From: Octopus sinensis
Taxonomy: Eukaryota
Assembly (NCBI RefSeq): GCF_006345805.1
Contig: NC_043000.1
Location: 114,514,001-114,578,000 of the forward strand
Length of the DNA stretch: 64,000 nt
Reading direction: 5' to 3'
Within the stretch, counting starts at the first letter, position 1; the number at the start of each line of letters is the position of its first letter. The notes under the pieces were generated by a model, which worked only from the letters and a program-made list of their open reading frames with translations, did no database searches and was not told the origin of the DNA. Shown here piece by piece: positions 40,765 through 54,495 of the stretch. Made by a program: the position numbers and the translations under genes.

Positions 40765-41465
40765 ACACAACACACACACACACACACACACTCTATCTCT
40801 CTCTCTCTCTCTCTCGTTCTCACCACACACACTATCTCTCTCTCTCGTTCTCACCACACACACACACACACACTCTCTCTCTCGTGCACACATACACATG
40901 CATGTATGGCGCCTACTTCAAACCCCCTATCCTTCCTTCACCCCTATTAAAAATATGTAACACAGTGTGTGCCTGCGAGGTTATCAGAGATACATGTCAC
41001 CTGGTCGTAACATAATAGAAAAATACGCGATAAGTGATGATTGTTTGTGCAGTTTGGATGTTTTCTTGGCCCTGGGGATGAAGGTTATTTAGTCATAAAA
41101 ATTGTGGGACAAATTGAAAATATTTCTAGCCACGTATTTAGTTATCAATTTCATGTTATAATTCTTGAGCGATAATGACGTCGGTTATAAATTTCTAACG
41201 ACCCATCCGCTGGTTAAATGCACACCTGAGATCGAATGTGACCAGAGAATATCCATAATTTCCGAATATATTCGTAAGACACCGTACATCTACCTGTGCC
41301 TACTCACTGCATTCTCCTTCCCTTAAATTTGTACTTTTCTTTCGCAATCTCTCGAACTTACTCACCTATTCAGCCTATTCAATCTTCTCTTATTTACTTC
41401 TATACATTTCCCTGTAACTAGAACGTACACCTGTCACACCTTCACCATGTCTCTCTCCCTCTCTC

Positions 41466-41511
<46 letters not shown>

Positions 41512-41726
41512 CTATCTCTGTTTTTCTAACTGAAGTAGCTGTATATCTCCTCTACTGCAAGACACCTATTTCTCTCCCTCTGTTCATTATTTAGTACAAA
41601 GCCGCCCCAGTATCATTCATCCCTCAGTTGAAGGGTCTTGTCTTGCTAGTTACTTGGGGACCTAACTAAAGGTTGGTGCTACGTAAAACGTACCCGCTAC
41701 ACTCTGTAAAGTAGTTGAGGAGAATA

Positions 41727-43030
41727 TCTTATAAGGGATATTAATTTTTATGTGTTTGGGGTGGCATGAGTTGAATAATAGGTATTGTTTAGAATCTGTG
41801 GGTTTATAGATGTCTGTTTCGATGTGGTCATTGACTATTTTAATTAAGATGTCAAGTAAAGGGAGTTGTTTACTGCTGTACTCCATGGTGAATTGTATGT
41901 TGCTATTAATATTGTTAAGCATTATTTTGAAATCGAGGAGTTTGTCCATGCTGTCTTTCCAAAGTATAAAGCAATCGTCCAAATACCTCTTCCAGTACTC
42001 CTTTGAATAGCAATGAAATGAGGTGCCATATTTCTGTAGTGATGATTGATATATTTTACGCTCTAGGTAACCCGTTACAAAGTTAGCAATCACTGGAGCA
42101 GCTCGGGCTCCCATTGCAATTCCACATTTTTGTCGATAGTATAATGTATCGAACATGAAATAGTTGTTCAGTAGGATGAATTTGAGTGCAGCGATTATGA
42201 ATCTGTGGTTGATGCGTCCTGGGATCTCTTCTGGGTATTTTCCTAGCCAGAAGGTGATCGCTTCTATACCATAATCGTGTGAGATATTGGTGTACAAATT
42301 CACCACATCGAATGACACTAACAGGGATCCTTCATTTATTGTCTTCAGGAGGTGGTTGAGTATGTTTAAGTCATCCCTGATAAAGCTTTTCATATATTTT
42401 AGAAACGGTTTGAGTAAAATGTCGAGGAAGTTGCTCAAACGGTGGGTTTCACAAGTAGGGCCAGCAATGATGGTTCTCAGTTTGAGGTCACTAGGGGGGG
42501 GGGGAGACATTAATGCGTAGGCTTGGAGAATCTTTGCAGGCTTTACAAATATGCAGATTTTTGTGTATTTTAGGTATTCCGCAGAATAGAGTAAGTCTGT
42601 ATTTAGAATTGAATAAATAGTCAATTTCATTTTTAGTGAGGCCCTTTCCATGTATTTGAAGTAAGGAGGATAAGTTTTTAAGTGACTTCTGGGGGTTGTA
42701 TTGTACTATCTTCTCATAGTAAATAATATTTTCCAACATGGAAAGTATTAAATTTTTGTAGTACTCTGTGTCCATCACCACTACGGCACTTCCTTTGTCG
42801 GCTTCTTTAATGGTGAGGTTTATATAATTTTTTTAACTCGATTAGATCTTTCCATTTATTTACATTAAGGCTGGATTTAATTCGATGTTTTTGTAGGGTA
42901 TTAAAAGGAAAACTGGTAATGTGTTCACAAGTGCTTTATTTCTAACTTTTGTAGGATAGTATTCACTTTTGTTTTTTACTATTGAGTCATCTTCACTGGT
43001 GTAGTTGTGAAGGCGTAATTTTCGTCAGAA
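41727..43030 (-). mobile_element. Penelope-like element reverse transcriptase (frameshifted)
   Basis: IKEADKGSAVV, GIPKIHK, LRTIIAG, SFDVVNLYTNI, GIAMG, RYLDD, FTME, LPLLDI and YKPTDSKQYL..SCHP. Confidence 0.95.
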
Positions 43031-43147
43031 ATCCATAGTGTTTCTGTGACTTAGGTCTAAAAAATGGTTGTAGTAGGTGTATTGTTGTAGAAAGTCTGTA
43101 TTGTGTTTGGTTTGCTGAGGAGAAAATGGATGTGAAGTGTGTCTGTG

Positions 43148-43228
<81 letters not shown>

Positions 43229-43332
43229 CCTTAGTCATTTGCACGGTGATCGATATAAGCTTTAAGCTTATAAAAATACCATTATTATTATTTACAGAAT
43301 TGCAAAACTCGACACCGCTTAACAAAACCATT

Positions 43333-43370
<38 letters not shown>

Positions 43371-43380
43371 CATACATATA

Positions 43381-43501
<121 letters not shown>

Positions 43502-43514
43502 AGTATATAAGTAT

Positions 43515-43740
43515 GTGGCAAGCTGGCAGAAACTTTAGCGTGCCGGGCGAAATGCTTAGCAGTATTTCGTCTGCCGTTACGTTCTGAGTTCAAATTCCTC
43601 CGAGGTCGACTTTGCCTTTCATCCTTTCGAGGTCGATAAAGTAAGTGCCAGTTACGCACTGGGGTCGATGTAATCGACTTAATCCATTTGTCTGTCCTTG
43701 TTTGTCCTCTCTGCATTTAGCCCCTTGTGGGCAATAAAAA
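43515..43740 (+). mobile_element. SINE family B monomer
   Basis: Matches the B consensus. Confidence 0.85.
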
Positions 43741-43953
43741 GTATATAAGTATATAAGTATGTGTATGCGTGTGTATGTGTATGAGGGAGAGGGAGAAAGA
43801 ATAGGACGAAGATCGAAGGGAGGAAGGCATTGAATAAAAAAAATCAAGGCTTACAATAAACACAATAGATATGGTGTAAACATTTTCCACAAATATTTTG
43901 CATCTAAAAAAACTTAACTTTGCAATCACTTATTTTTAATGAAAACATCTGAA

Positions 43954-44473
43954 CAGGAGTGGCTGTGTGGTAAGTAGCTTGCTAACCAACCACATGGTTC
44001 CGGGTTCAGTCCCACTGCGTGGCATCTTGGGCAAGTGTCTTCTGCTATAGCCCCGGGCCGACCAATGCCTTGTGAGTGGATTTGGTAGACGGAAACTGAA
44101 AGAAGCCTGTCGTATATATATGTAAGGGTAAAGACCCCCTTCGGTCATGAGTGACCATGGGATTGCACCTAGAAAGTTACCCTCCTAGACATAAGTCCGG
44201 GCAAGGTTGTTTATGGAAGGCCAGCAGTCGCCCATGCATACCAACCTCCCCTCTCCACGACACAAGTGTTTTCCAAGGGAAAGACAAAGGTCGATACAGT
44301 TTGGCACCCATGACGTCGCAACTCATTTCTACAGCTGAGTGAACTGGAACAACGTGAAATAAAGTGCCTTGCTTAAGAACACAACACGCAGCCCGGTCCG
44401 GGATTCGAGCTCACAACCTCACGATCGTAAGTTCGACGCTCTAACCACTGAGCCATGCGCCTTCACATATATG

Positions 44474-44504
<31 letters not shown>

Positions 44505-44720
44505 GTATGTGTGTGTATATGTTTGTGTGTCTGTGTTTGTCCCCCTAGCATTGCTTGACAACCGATGCTGGTGTGTTTACGTCCCCGTCACTTAGCGGTT
44601 CGGCAAAAAGAGACCGATAGAATAAGTACCAGGCTTACAAAGAATAAGTCCCGGGGTCGATTTGCTCGACTAAAGGCGGTGCTCCAGCATGGCCGCAGTC
44701 AAATGACTGAAACAAGTAAA
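43954..44720 (+). mobile_element. SINE family A interrupted by SINE C
   Basis: A head and tail flank the insertion in the internal TA tract. Confidence 0.9.
44125..44466 (-). mobile_element. SINE family C, full length (tRNA-derived)
   Basis: Head ggcgcatggctcagtggttagagcg...tcgaatcccgg; TSD atatatgta at 44116-44124 and 44467-44475. Confidence 0.9.
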
Positions 44721-45039
44721 AGAGTAAAAGAGTAAAGAGAGAGCGGTAGAGTGCGCGCACGCATGAGAGAGAAAGAGAAAGAGAGAGAGGGGTGAAAGAG
44801 GGAGAGAGGGGGAGAAAGAGGGAGAGAGGGGGAGAAAGAGGGAGAGAGACGTTTACTGCACTGAGCGTAATCGTGTTTTGTGATTGATGGCAGTGAATAA
44901 AAAATATTTTGTGATTGAAGCGATTATTTGAATCTTCAATAATAAAATTTATCTTGAAAAACATACATTGATAAAGATTTTTTTAAGCTATAGGGACTTT
45001 AATAAATGCTTTCTATTAGTAAAAGTTACATAATTCCAA

Positions 45040-46090
45040 CTCATTAACAAGCAGAATAGAATCTATTAATGTACAGGCGAATAGCAGGTCCCCTTGATTT
45101 CTTTTTGCATCCCTTTTGGTCCTTTGGCGATAGGTTTTCCTTATACAAAAAGCTATACGCTTCAACAGCTGAGGGAGCCGTCACGAAAAGTACTGATCTC
45201 AGTGCAGTTCCCCGAGGGGCTCTGCTTAGTATTGATATCTCCCCAGACAGGGCATCATTATCTGCGAATGTTTCCTCACTTTTAAAACGCCATGCAGTTA
45301 CTTCCATATTTTTCCAAGTATATCTACAGCTCACATTTTCGTCACATATCATCCTGAGACAATCGACTTTGTCGAAGGCTGTGGCAAAATCGAGCTATAT
45401 CACACTCACATTTGAACGACTGAGCTGTTGATTCAGAGTCCAGCCATAGTGTTGTAGTAGCTGTTTGAGACAGTTCCTTTCTCGATGTAAGGCATTTTGC
45501 GTGTAATTGAGCAAGCTATTTTTTAAGATCGTGATCAGTTGCCTTCTGATAATATCTTCCAGACCTGAAATTATTAGCACCAGCAATGCTTCCTCTTTTG
45601 TGGATGCGGCATATGGTACTTTCTTTTAACATTTTGGGAAGTGTGACATATGCAAGGAAGCTCTAGAAATATATCTATAGTGGTTTTGCGAAGTTTTCTG
45701 GCATATTATTAAAAGGGTGACTGGAAGATCAAGGTTTGCCGTTAAGTGTAAATTCATTTCATCAATAGCCGACATTACATCCTTTTCTTTCGTGCCAATA
45801 TAATCAATGGTTGCCCCTTCCAGACTTGCTCATTTGATCTCCCAGTGGACAGGTGAAACCACTTTATTTAGTATTTCGCGTAACCTGCTGAGGTCTATAA
45901 TCAGTGAACTGTTTACTTCAAGCAATGGCCGTGTAGCGCACAGAGTCAGATTCTTTTATAGATTTGTAGAAATCCTTAGAGCTAATTTATATACATTTTC
46001 AACTATTCTGGCTTCTCGTTCATATCGTTCTTTTTGTGGAAGAGTCAGATTATTTTCGCGACGATTTTGTAACGCCGGTAACATGTTCTG
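45040..46090 (-). mobile_element. Highly decayed CR1-group LINE RT fragment
   Basis: NCLKQLL, LDFATAFDKV and SRAPRGTAL (degenerate SGVPQG). Confidence 0.7.
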
Positions 46091-46122
46091 CAGAGAACAT
46101 GTTACGTACTTAGTAAATAATT

Positions 46123-46537
46123 ATTTCTTTATTGTACACAGAAGGCTAAACATAGAGAGGACAAACAAGGACAGACAAACAGATTAAGTCGATTTTATCG
46201 ACCCCAGTGCGTAACTGGTACTATTTAATCGACCCCGAAAGAATGAATTCCAAAATCGACCTCGGCGGAATTTGAACTCAGAACGTAGCGACGGACGAAA
46301 TACCTATTTCTTTACTACCCACAAGGGGCTAAACACAGAGAGGACAAACAAGGACAGACAAACGTACTAAGTCGGTTATATCAACCCCAGTGCGTAACTG
46401 GTACTTATTTAATGGACCCCGAAAGGATGAAAGGCAAAGTCGACCTCGGCGGAATTTGAACTCGTAACGTAACGTCAGACGAAATACCGCTACGCATTTC
46501 GCCCGACGTGCTAACGTTTCTGCCAGCTCGCCGCCTT
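46123..46537 (-). mobile_element. SINE family B dimer
   Basis: Full unit plus a headless unit joined at gaaata|ggtatttcg. Confidence 0.9.
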
Positions 46538-47958
46538 CTTTCAGGACAATATATGCCTTATCAACCTCATACAGTACATATTCAAATCCTGGTATGTTAA
46601 TAATCCTTGACGATTTTTGTGGTCATTGCTTTTTTGTATATAGTATATATATATATATAATATATATATATATTATATATATAGATATATATATATAGTA
46701 TATATATACCTATATACTATATATATATACACGCACATATATATACATATATATACATATATACATATATAATATACACACAGATATATATATATATATC
46801 TGTGTGTTATATATATATATATGTATATATGTATATATATGTATATATGTATATATATCTGTGTGTATATATATATACACACGCACACACACTCACATAT
46901 ATATATATATATGCAATTTATATATGTATATATATATATATATGAAAAAATACATACATATATATATGTATTATACGCACACATATATATATGTATGCGT
47001 ATGAAAGTGTATGTGCGTGCATGTATATGTATGTATATCAAAAATGTATGAACATATATTTACATACATACACACAAATACACATATGTAGGCATTTACA
47101 AAGGGTATGTGTGTGTATGCATGTGCGCAAGTTAGTGTATCTAAGCGTGTATGTGTGTGTGTGTGTGTGTGTGTTGTATTGTCATAAAGTACTGTGAGAA
47201 ATGTAGAACATTATATGCCTTATCAATATCGTCCAGTTCATATTTAAATTATGATACGTTACACTGGTTCGTGCGCTTTTGTTAGTGTTTTTTCACACAT
47301 CCACAAATGGGGCAGGCACACATACCACACCACACACACACACACACACACACACACACCACACACACACACACACTCACTCACTCACTCACACACAAAA
47401 AAAAAGAGACAGGCAGAAATATAGAGTAAGAGGTAGAGAAGAATCGTACCCAGTATGCGACTCGTACTTTATTTATCGATCCTCAAAAGCAAAGTTGATA
47501 TCAGTAGAAATCACAGTACAGGTAACTTGGACAATTACTGAAAAGATATCCATCGAACGTTCCAATGTTTCGACTAAACAATTCGTCAAATATTGTTCTT
47601 TTATATGTTCCAGGCGGTTTTCTGCTACTCGTTAAATAATATTTACGCATTTGATTCCCAATTCAAAAAATGTTTTCGGTAGATTAACATCTAATTTCCA
47701 TTGGTATCCATTATTCGTCTAATAACACTCACTTGCCCAGTAAATAAATTCAGAATAATGTAACGAAAATAATGTATTTGGAAGCATCAGTTCCTATGAT
47801 TAACTATAATTCAAAGGTTACCGAGATGTACTTGCATAGCGAGTGACCTGATCCGAGATCGTGTGCTGGAACGAAAACAATTGCAGCGTGGAAGGTGTTT
47901 ATAAGCCATTTAAGAAACACACAAAAACCGTTAGATTCACTTCAACATTTAAATTTAA

Positions 47959-48009
47959 TTTGTCAAAATGTTTTCGTCGCTTTGAGACCGCGACCTGTTC
48001 ACTGACAAA
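47959..48009 (-). ncRNA. Type I hammerhead motif, G3-C8 covariant
   Basis: uuuguca GUGAACA g GUCGC ggucucaaa GCGAC GAAA acau UU ugacaaa; 7-bp stem I, 5-bp stem II. Confidence 0.75.
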
Positions 48010-48302
48010 ACTCCGTGCTGCATTGTAATTCTAAAACATTGTAATTGTTTTAGAATTTATGTAGAAATCAAGTTTGACGTTGAGTAAAAGTCCTTAGTTT
48101 ATTTTAAACATACAAGTAAGAAGATATCCTTACTTAGCATAAAAGTGAACTGAAATGCTCACCACGTATATACCGGAAAAGTACATACTGAAAAACTTGC
48201 TGTTGGTTCGAACTCATTTGATTGCGTAACATATTACAAGCGCTGCAGTACTATTCCGTTGCTAGAAACAGAAGTGGGCAAAAGTAGGTATATAAACTGA
48301 AT

Positions 48303-48890
48303 AAGGCGGCGAGCTGGCAGAATCATTAGCGCGCTGGACGAAATGCTTAGAGGTATTTCGTCTGCCGCTACGTTCTGAGTTCAAATTCCGCCGAGGTCGA
48401 CTTTGCCTTTCATCCTTTCGGGGTCGATTAAATAGTACCAGTTACGCACTGGGGTCGATAAAATCGACTTAATCCGTTTGTCTGTCCTTGTTTGTCCTCT
48501 CTGCGTTTAGCCCCTTGTGGGTAGTAAAGAAATAGGTATTTCGTCTGCCGTTACGTTCTGAGTTCAAATTCCGCCGAGGTCGTCTTTGCCTTTCATCCTT
48601 TCGGGGTCGATTAAATAGTACCAGTTACGCACTGGGGTCGATAAAATCGACTTAATCCGTTTGTCTGTCCTTGTTTGTCCTCTCTGCGTTTAGCCCCTTG
48701 TGGGTAGTAAAGAAATAGGTATTTCGTCTGCCGTTACGTTCTGAGTTCAAATTCCGCCGAGGTCGTCTTTGCCTTTCATTCTTTTGGGGTCGATTAAATA
48801 AGTACCAGCTACGGACTGGGGTCGATATAATCGACTTAATCCGTTTGTCTGTCCTTATTTGTCCTCTTGCGGGTAGTAAAGAAATCGGTA
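48303..48890 (+). mobile_element. SINE family B trimer (183-bp period)
   Basis: ggtatttcgtctgccg at 48352, 48535 and 48718. Confidence 0.9.
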
Positions 48891-49440
48891 TATAACTGAA
48901 TGGCACCCCATATCCCCAGAAATAAAAGAAAGAGGACTTCTATTGATGTAACAACCCATACAAATCCCTTAATCGACTTATTTCTCTATTTCTTAACATA
49001 TCTCATATTAAACAATTGAATGCCGACATTTGCCCATCCCTTGTATAGTTTGAATGTTTCTTTAAAATTAAAATACTATATAAACACTAAATAAATACAT
49101 AATTATATATACATTATATAAACACACAATTACAGATGTATTACGATAACACAAACAGTGACCTCAGCAACAACACACAACAAATATAAAAAGATAGTGA
49201 AATTAACATAATTTAGCTGACGATGCGTTAAGCGCTTTTATTCCTCTATCTGTAGAAAGTGACATCATCGTTTGTTAGAGAGAAAGTGAAAGAGAAAATA
49301 TGAAGGGAAAACTATCTTGTACTGTTGATAAAACGCCATCTTGCCGGGAATTAAAATTAGAATTATATTTCCGTTGTTAGAATCTTCAGTAAGAAAAGAA
49401 TCGTTAGAATTAGAATTTTAAAGAATTTTCTAGACAGTAT

Positions 49441-49603
49441 AGGCGCAGGAGTGGCTGTGTGGTAAGTAGCTTGCTTACCAACCACATGGTTCCGGGTTCA
49501 GTCTCACTGCGTGGCACCTTGGGCAAGTGCCTTCTACTATAGCCTCGGGCCGATCAAAGCCTTATGAGTGGATTTAGTAGACGGAAACTGAAAAAAGTCC
49601 GTC

Positions 49604-49605
<2 letters not shown>
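49441..49605 (+). mobile_element. SINE family A, 5' half
   Basis: Matches the A head up to the internal microsatellite. Confidence 0.85.
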
Positions 49606-49650
<45 letters not shown>

Positions 49651-49721
49651 AATCGTTAATTATGCATCTTCATTCTTTGTGATTTTCTATATATATATAT
49701 AGACAGATATATACATGCATA

Positions 49722-49798
<77 letters not shown>

Positions 49799-49955
49799 AG
49801 TAGTTGAATGAATTATCTTATTAAGGATAATTCGAAAGATAACGGATACCTGGGTAGTAAATTCACATCAGAAAGAACACACGGTTGAAGTTACGTCTCT
49901 AGGGCATAGACTACGTGCCTTCGTGCGGAAATTTGTATGTTTATTTTAAAAATAT

Positions 49956-50316
49956 AAGTTTATGAAAGAATGGAGTTGAACGACTTGTTAACAAATTTCC
50001 TTTATTTTCGACATATGTTTCGAAGGCTGCATATTCCTAATTCGAAGGAATAACGAGTACATTATGCAGATTTCTCATAAGGAAAGGCAAGGAACTTATG
50101 CCGACATCAATTATCGCCATGGGTTCCTTGAGAGCAGTCAGCTAAAGGTTTTTTGTGCATTTTGATGTCGACATAAGTTCCTTGCCTTTCCTGATGAGAA
50201 ATCTGCATAATGTACTCCTTATTCCTTCGGAATTAGGAATATGCAGCCTTCGAAACATATGTCGAAAATAAAGAAATTTGTTAACAAGTCGTTCAACTCC
50301 ATTCTTTCATAAACTT
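49956..50316. repeat. Long inverted repeat P3 (arms ~49956-50110 and 50162-50316)
   Basis: Reverse-complementary arms with a ~51-nt spacer. Confidence 0.9.
50187..50267 (+). ncRNA. Type I hammerhead motif with extended stem II, core intact
   Basis: uuuc CUGAUGA gaa..cugcaua..auuccu..aggaauaugcag..uuc GAAA cauaug UC gaaa; predicted cut after C50263. Confidence 0.8.
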
Positions 50317-50322
50317 TATATA

Positions 50323-50394
<72 letters not shown>

Positions 50395-50420
50395 TATATA
50401 TTATATATATATATATATAT

Positions 50421-50620
50421 CATCGATTAACGTTCGTTTTCCCTGTTTGCATGGGTTGGACGGTTTGACTGAGGTCTGGAGAGCCAACGGCTGCACCAGG
50501 CTCCAATCCGGTCCGGCAGAGTTTCTACGGCTGGATGCCCATCCTAACGTCAACCACTCCGAGAGTGTAGTGGGTGCTTTTTACGTATCACCGGCACAGG
50601 AGCCAATAAGGCGGGCCTGG
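50421..50620 (-). mobile_element. Retroposon 3' tail (RTE-associated SINE-like)
   Basis: Minus strand ends ccgtccaacccatgcaaacagggaaaacgaacgttaatcgatg; recognised by eye only. Confidence 0.5.
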
Positions 50621-50809
50621 CTATTTACCACACAGCCACCCCATATATATATACATATATGTATATATATGCATATATATACATATATTATATATATATA
50701 TATATATAAGTATATATGTATATATTATTATATAATATATATATATATATATATATACATATATACATATATACATATATATACATATGTACATATATGT
50801 ATATGAACG

Positions 50810-51090
50810 TGAAGGCGCATGGCTCAGTGGTTAGAGCGACGAGCTTACAATCGTGAGGTTGTGAGTTCGAATCCCGGACCTGGCTGCGTGTTGTGTTCTT
50901 GTTATTATTTTGTAAGTTTTTGCATAAATGTCTCGGATCCCATCAAGCGTCCAATCAAGCAGCTCAAATGTTGGTAAGAGTACTGGCACTGCAAACACAT
51001 TATGGGTCACTGTTTTATTGAATGCAGAAAGTTTTGAGGTTCAAATTTTGTTTATTCGGCAGTGATATTCTTTAGTGACACGTGTTTTGT
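50810..51090. mobile_element. SINE C head (+, 50810-50901) abutting an R4/Dong-like fragment (-, 50902-51090)
   Basis: tRNA-like head. Minus frame LSAFNKTVTHNVFAVPVLLPTFELLDWTLD matches 1150-1245. Confidence 0.75.
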
Positions 51091-51346
51091 TATTGGTGCC
51101 ATAGTAAGATATATTTTTTTATATGTGTGTATGTATATATGCATGCATGCCTGCATGTATGTATGTATGTATGTATGTATGTATGTATGTATGTATGTAT
51201 GTATGTATGTATGTATGTACGTACGTATGTACGTATGTATGTACGTATGTATGTTTAAGCAGAAAAGACAGACAAATAATAATCGGTGTAAAAAATACAT
51301 TCACGTTGAAAATTGGATACATAATTATATGATGTAATCAGGTCTT

Positions 51347-51485
51347 TCTTTACAGCCGTTTCGGATAAGACTAATGCTATAAACATGCATATTATCTAAC
51401 GAAGTCTGATAATATTGGATGTCTATAGGCCACCACAAATTTCAAGAGAACCGCGGATCGAATTTAAGTTGTTTTCATCAGAAGA
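51347..51485 (-). ncRNA. Degenerate type I hammerhead motif with ~110-nt stem II insert
   Basis: ucuu CUGAUGA ...(~110 nt)... ucc GAAA cggcug UA aaga; stem II closure is poor. Confidence 0.5.
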
Positions 51486-51823
51486 CACTGACATGTAGCT
51501 AAGTAGAGAACAGTGTTTATCAATATATGTCAGTTCAAAAAGATTAGGAAGATAAGACATGATAAGAAACATGATAAGGAAGATAAGACATGATAAGTAG
51601 AATTACTGAGAATTGTTACTTAAAGGCAGAGGATCACTTCTTATTTTTCATGTTGAGAAATCATTATAAAATAGTCAAAAGAACATACATATATTTTCAT
51701 ATAATTCTTTTATACCTTCATGAGATAAAGGTCCTTAAAATCTCTGGTAGCTATTTCGTTCAGTTTCTGGACTCTTCAGCACGACAAACGTCGAAAAGAG
51801 AAAGGGTTCTAGATAAAAGTATT

Positions 51824-52060
51824 AAGGCGGCGAGCTGGCAGAAACGTTAGCACGCCGGGCGAAATGCGCAGCCGTATTTCGTTTGTCGTTACGTTCTGAG
51901 TTCAAATTCCGCCGTGGTCGACTTTGCCTTTCATCTTTTCGGGGTCGATAAATTAAGTACCAGTTTCGCACTGGGGTCGATGTAATCGGCTTAATCCGTT
52001 TGTCTGTCCATGTTTGTCCCCTCTGTGTTTAGCCCCTTGTGGGTAGTAAAGAAATAAGTA
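51824..52060 (+). mobile_element. SINE family B monomer
   Basis: Matches the B consensus. Confidence 0.9.
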
Positions 52061-53520
52061 TTAAGGGAGAGAGAGAGAAAGAGAAAGAGAGAGATAGAGA
52101 GAAAGAGAAAGAGAAAGAGAGAGAGAAAGAGAAAGAGAGAGAGAGAGAGACAGAAAGATACAGACAGACAGAAGGCCGAGTACAGGGTTACTAAGGATGC
52201 TAGTAATGCCGATCTCACGCTCGATTTGTATGTAGATTTGACGGATGACCTTTGAGTTGTTGCTCAGTCCACCTATTTACGTCGATAGCTTTTGATTTTT
52301 GTCGTATCAGGGTACACGCCAGGGTAAGATCCCAGAGTGGTATGAATGGTATAGTTGCCGGGGGCTTGAACTTGAAACAGGAAGTATTGGTTTACAACGA
52401 TAACTAGTAGCAGATCATATTTGATTTCATCTGGCTATATTATATAAATATATACTGATTTACATATGTGCATATGTGTGAGATAGAGAAAGAGACACGC
52501 AAAAAGAAAGAAAGAAAGAGAGAGAGTGAGAGAGAGAGAGAGTGAGAGAGAGAGAGTGAGAGAGAGAGAGAGTGAGAGAGAGAGAGTGAGAGAGAGAGAG
52601 TGAGAGAGAGAGAGAGGCACAGAAGAAAAGAATGAGAAACCTGTGCCGTCTGCACAACCGTAAATTATTCAGAAGTCTAAGAGACGCCATTGGCATAATA
52701 AACCCTAATTAAGTTTGTGATCTTTTTTACAACCCCACGGCCCCCTTCGTTTTCCGTCTTCTTTGTCAAGAATACTTAATTTTTCACCGAGGAACAAACT
52801 GTCTCTATTTTATAAATAATTGGCTAGCTTTCTTCTAACTCCCACATTAACCCTTTTTCTTCTTCTAAAAGCAACTGGTCCCTGAAATAGCAACAATTAA
52901 TTGGTATTACCTATTCCCACCACACATTGATAAGTCTCAATTCTTACACTTCGCACCTCCCCGTCTTCTCCCAACCACCTCACACACATTCATTCTTGAT
53001 ATTTGTTTACTCAAAATGTTGTTATTCTCCTTTCTCTCAACAAGGTGAACGTCCTCTTGCATCTCTATTACATACACTTTTTATTCCATTATGACATCAT
53101 GCACACTATGTGGTTAACGCGTATCATCTTCATTATATTTTGTCACTATCACAAACGCTCTCCCATACTCGCTATTACATCTATCTTACCAATATCCTCC
53201 GAATAACTAATACTTCACTCACTCTCTCTCTCTCCAATCTTATACACATTTACACACCGCTGTTCACATAACTTCCACTAGAGAATCAACAGCATTAAAC
53301 CACGATTCAACATGTTCTCATCTACAGAAGCAACTTAGCTTCATCTATTTACATTCACCATTGTTCAATCATCATGCTTTGCTAAACGCATACATATTTA
53401 TATTCTCAGCACACACACACGCACACACATACGTACGCTCACACACATGCACAAGCGCACACACATACACACATACACTCATACATACACACTAACACCA
53501 TATTCTCCCTTTTCCTACTT

Positions 53521-53560
53521 TCTATCTTGACAAAGGACAAACTGCCCGAAACGTATTTAT
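53521..53560 (+). ncRNA. Degenerate minimal hammerhead motif, U3-A8 covariant
   Basis: UUGACAA a GGACA aac UGCCC GAAA cg UA; stem I is not recoverable. Confidence 0.45.
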
Positions 53561-54353
53561 CGCTCCCTTTCCTTCACTGTGTAGTACACTAACTTTGCAC
53601 CGTTGTTTGTTTTACAATAGCTGTACCTAAGGTAAAGGTTAAAGCCACTAAAAAAAACAAAACAAAAAAAACATGCAATTTGTTAAAAAGTTAAAACAAA
53701 CAAACAACAGTTTAATGTCCCCAGTGAAAAATTTTTAAATTTCTTGACCAAACACCTAAATGTATATAAATTCAGTAACACAGTTGCTGATGAGATCACG
53801 TTTCGTTTTAATAATATATGCGAAGCTGAAATGTTAACGGTTGTAAAAAGCGGAGTGTGTTTGATGAAAAACGAGTTATTTACGCCTTACTTTATCTCTT
53901 TCAAGTTTTCCTTGTTGGCACGAAATGCCGAGAGAGAGAGAGAGAGTGAGAGGGGGGAAGAGAAAGAGAAAAAGAAAGAAAGACAGTGTTTGTGCGTGTG
54001 CGGCTTTTATCTGTGTAAGTGTGAATGTCTCATTGAGTGTGTTTGTGCGTGTTTTGTTTTTATGTGCTGGCATGTGTATGTGTGTCTGTGCGTGTGTGTG
54101 AGTGTGTGTCTGAGTACGTGTCTAGCCTGAGCGTGTATCAGTGTCTATGTGTATGTGTATATACATGTTCATATGTGTATATGTATGTGAGTCTATGTGT
54201 ATATATGCATATATATTTTTATATATCTGTGTGTGTGTATGTGTGTGTATTTGTGTGAATATATGTGTGTGTATATGTTGTGCATATGTGCGCATGTTTG
54301 TGTACGCATGTGTATGTAATTGCATATATGTATATAATTATAATATGTATGCG

Positions 54354-54495
<142 letters not shown>

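Noticed and set aside
49805-49845. Hairpin gaattatc...gataattc followed by GAAA
   Set aside because: No valid nUGAnnA box, UH site or stem I, so not called a hammerhead.
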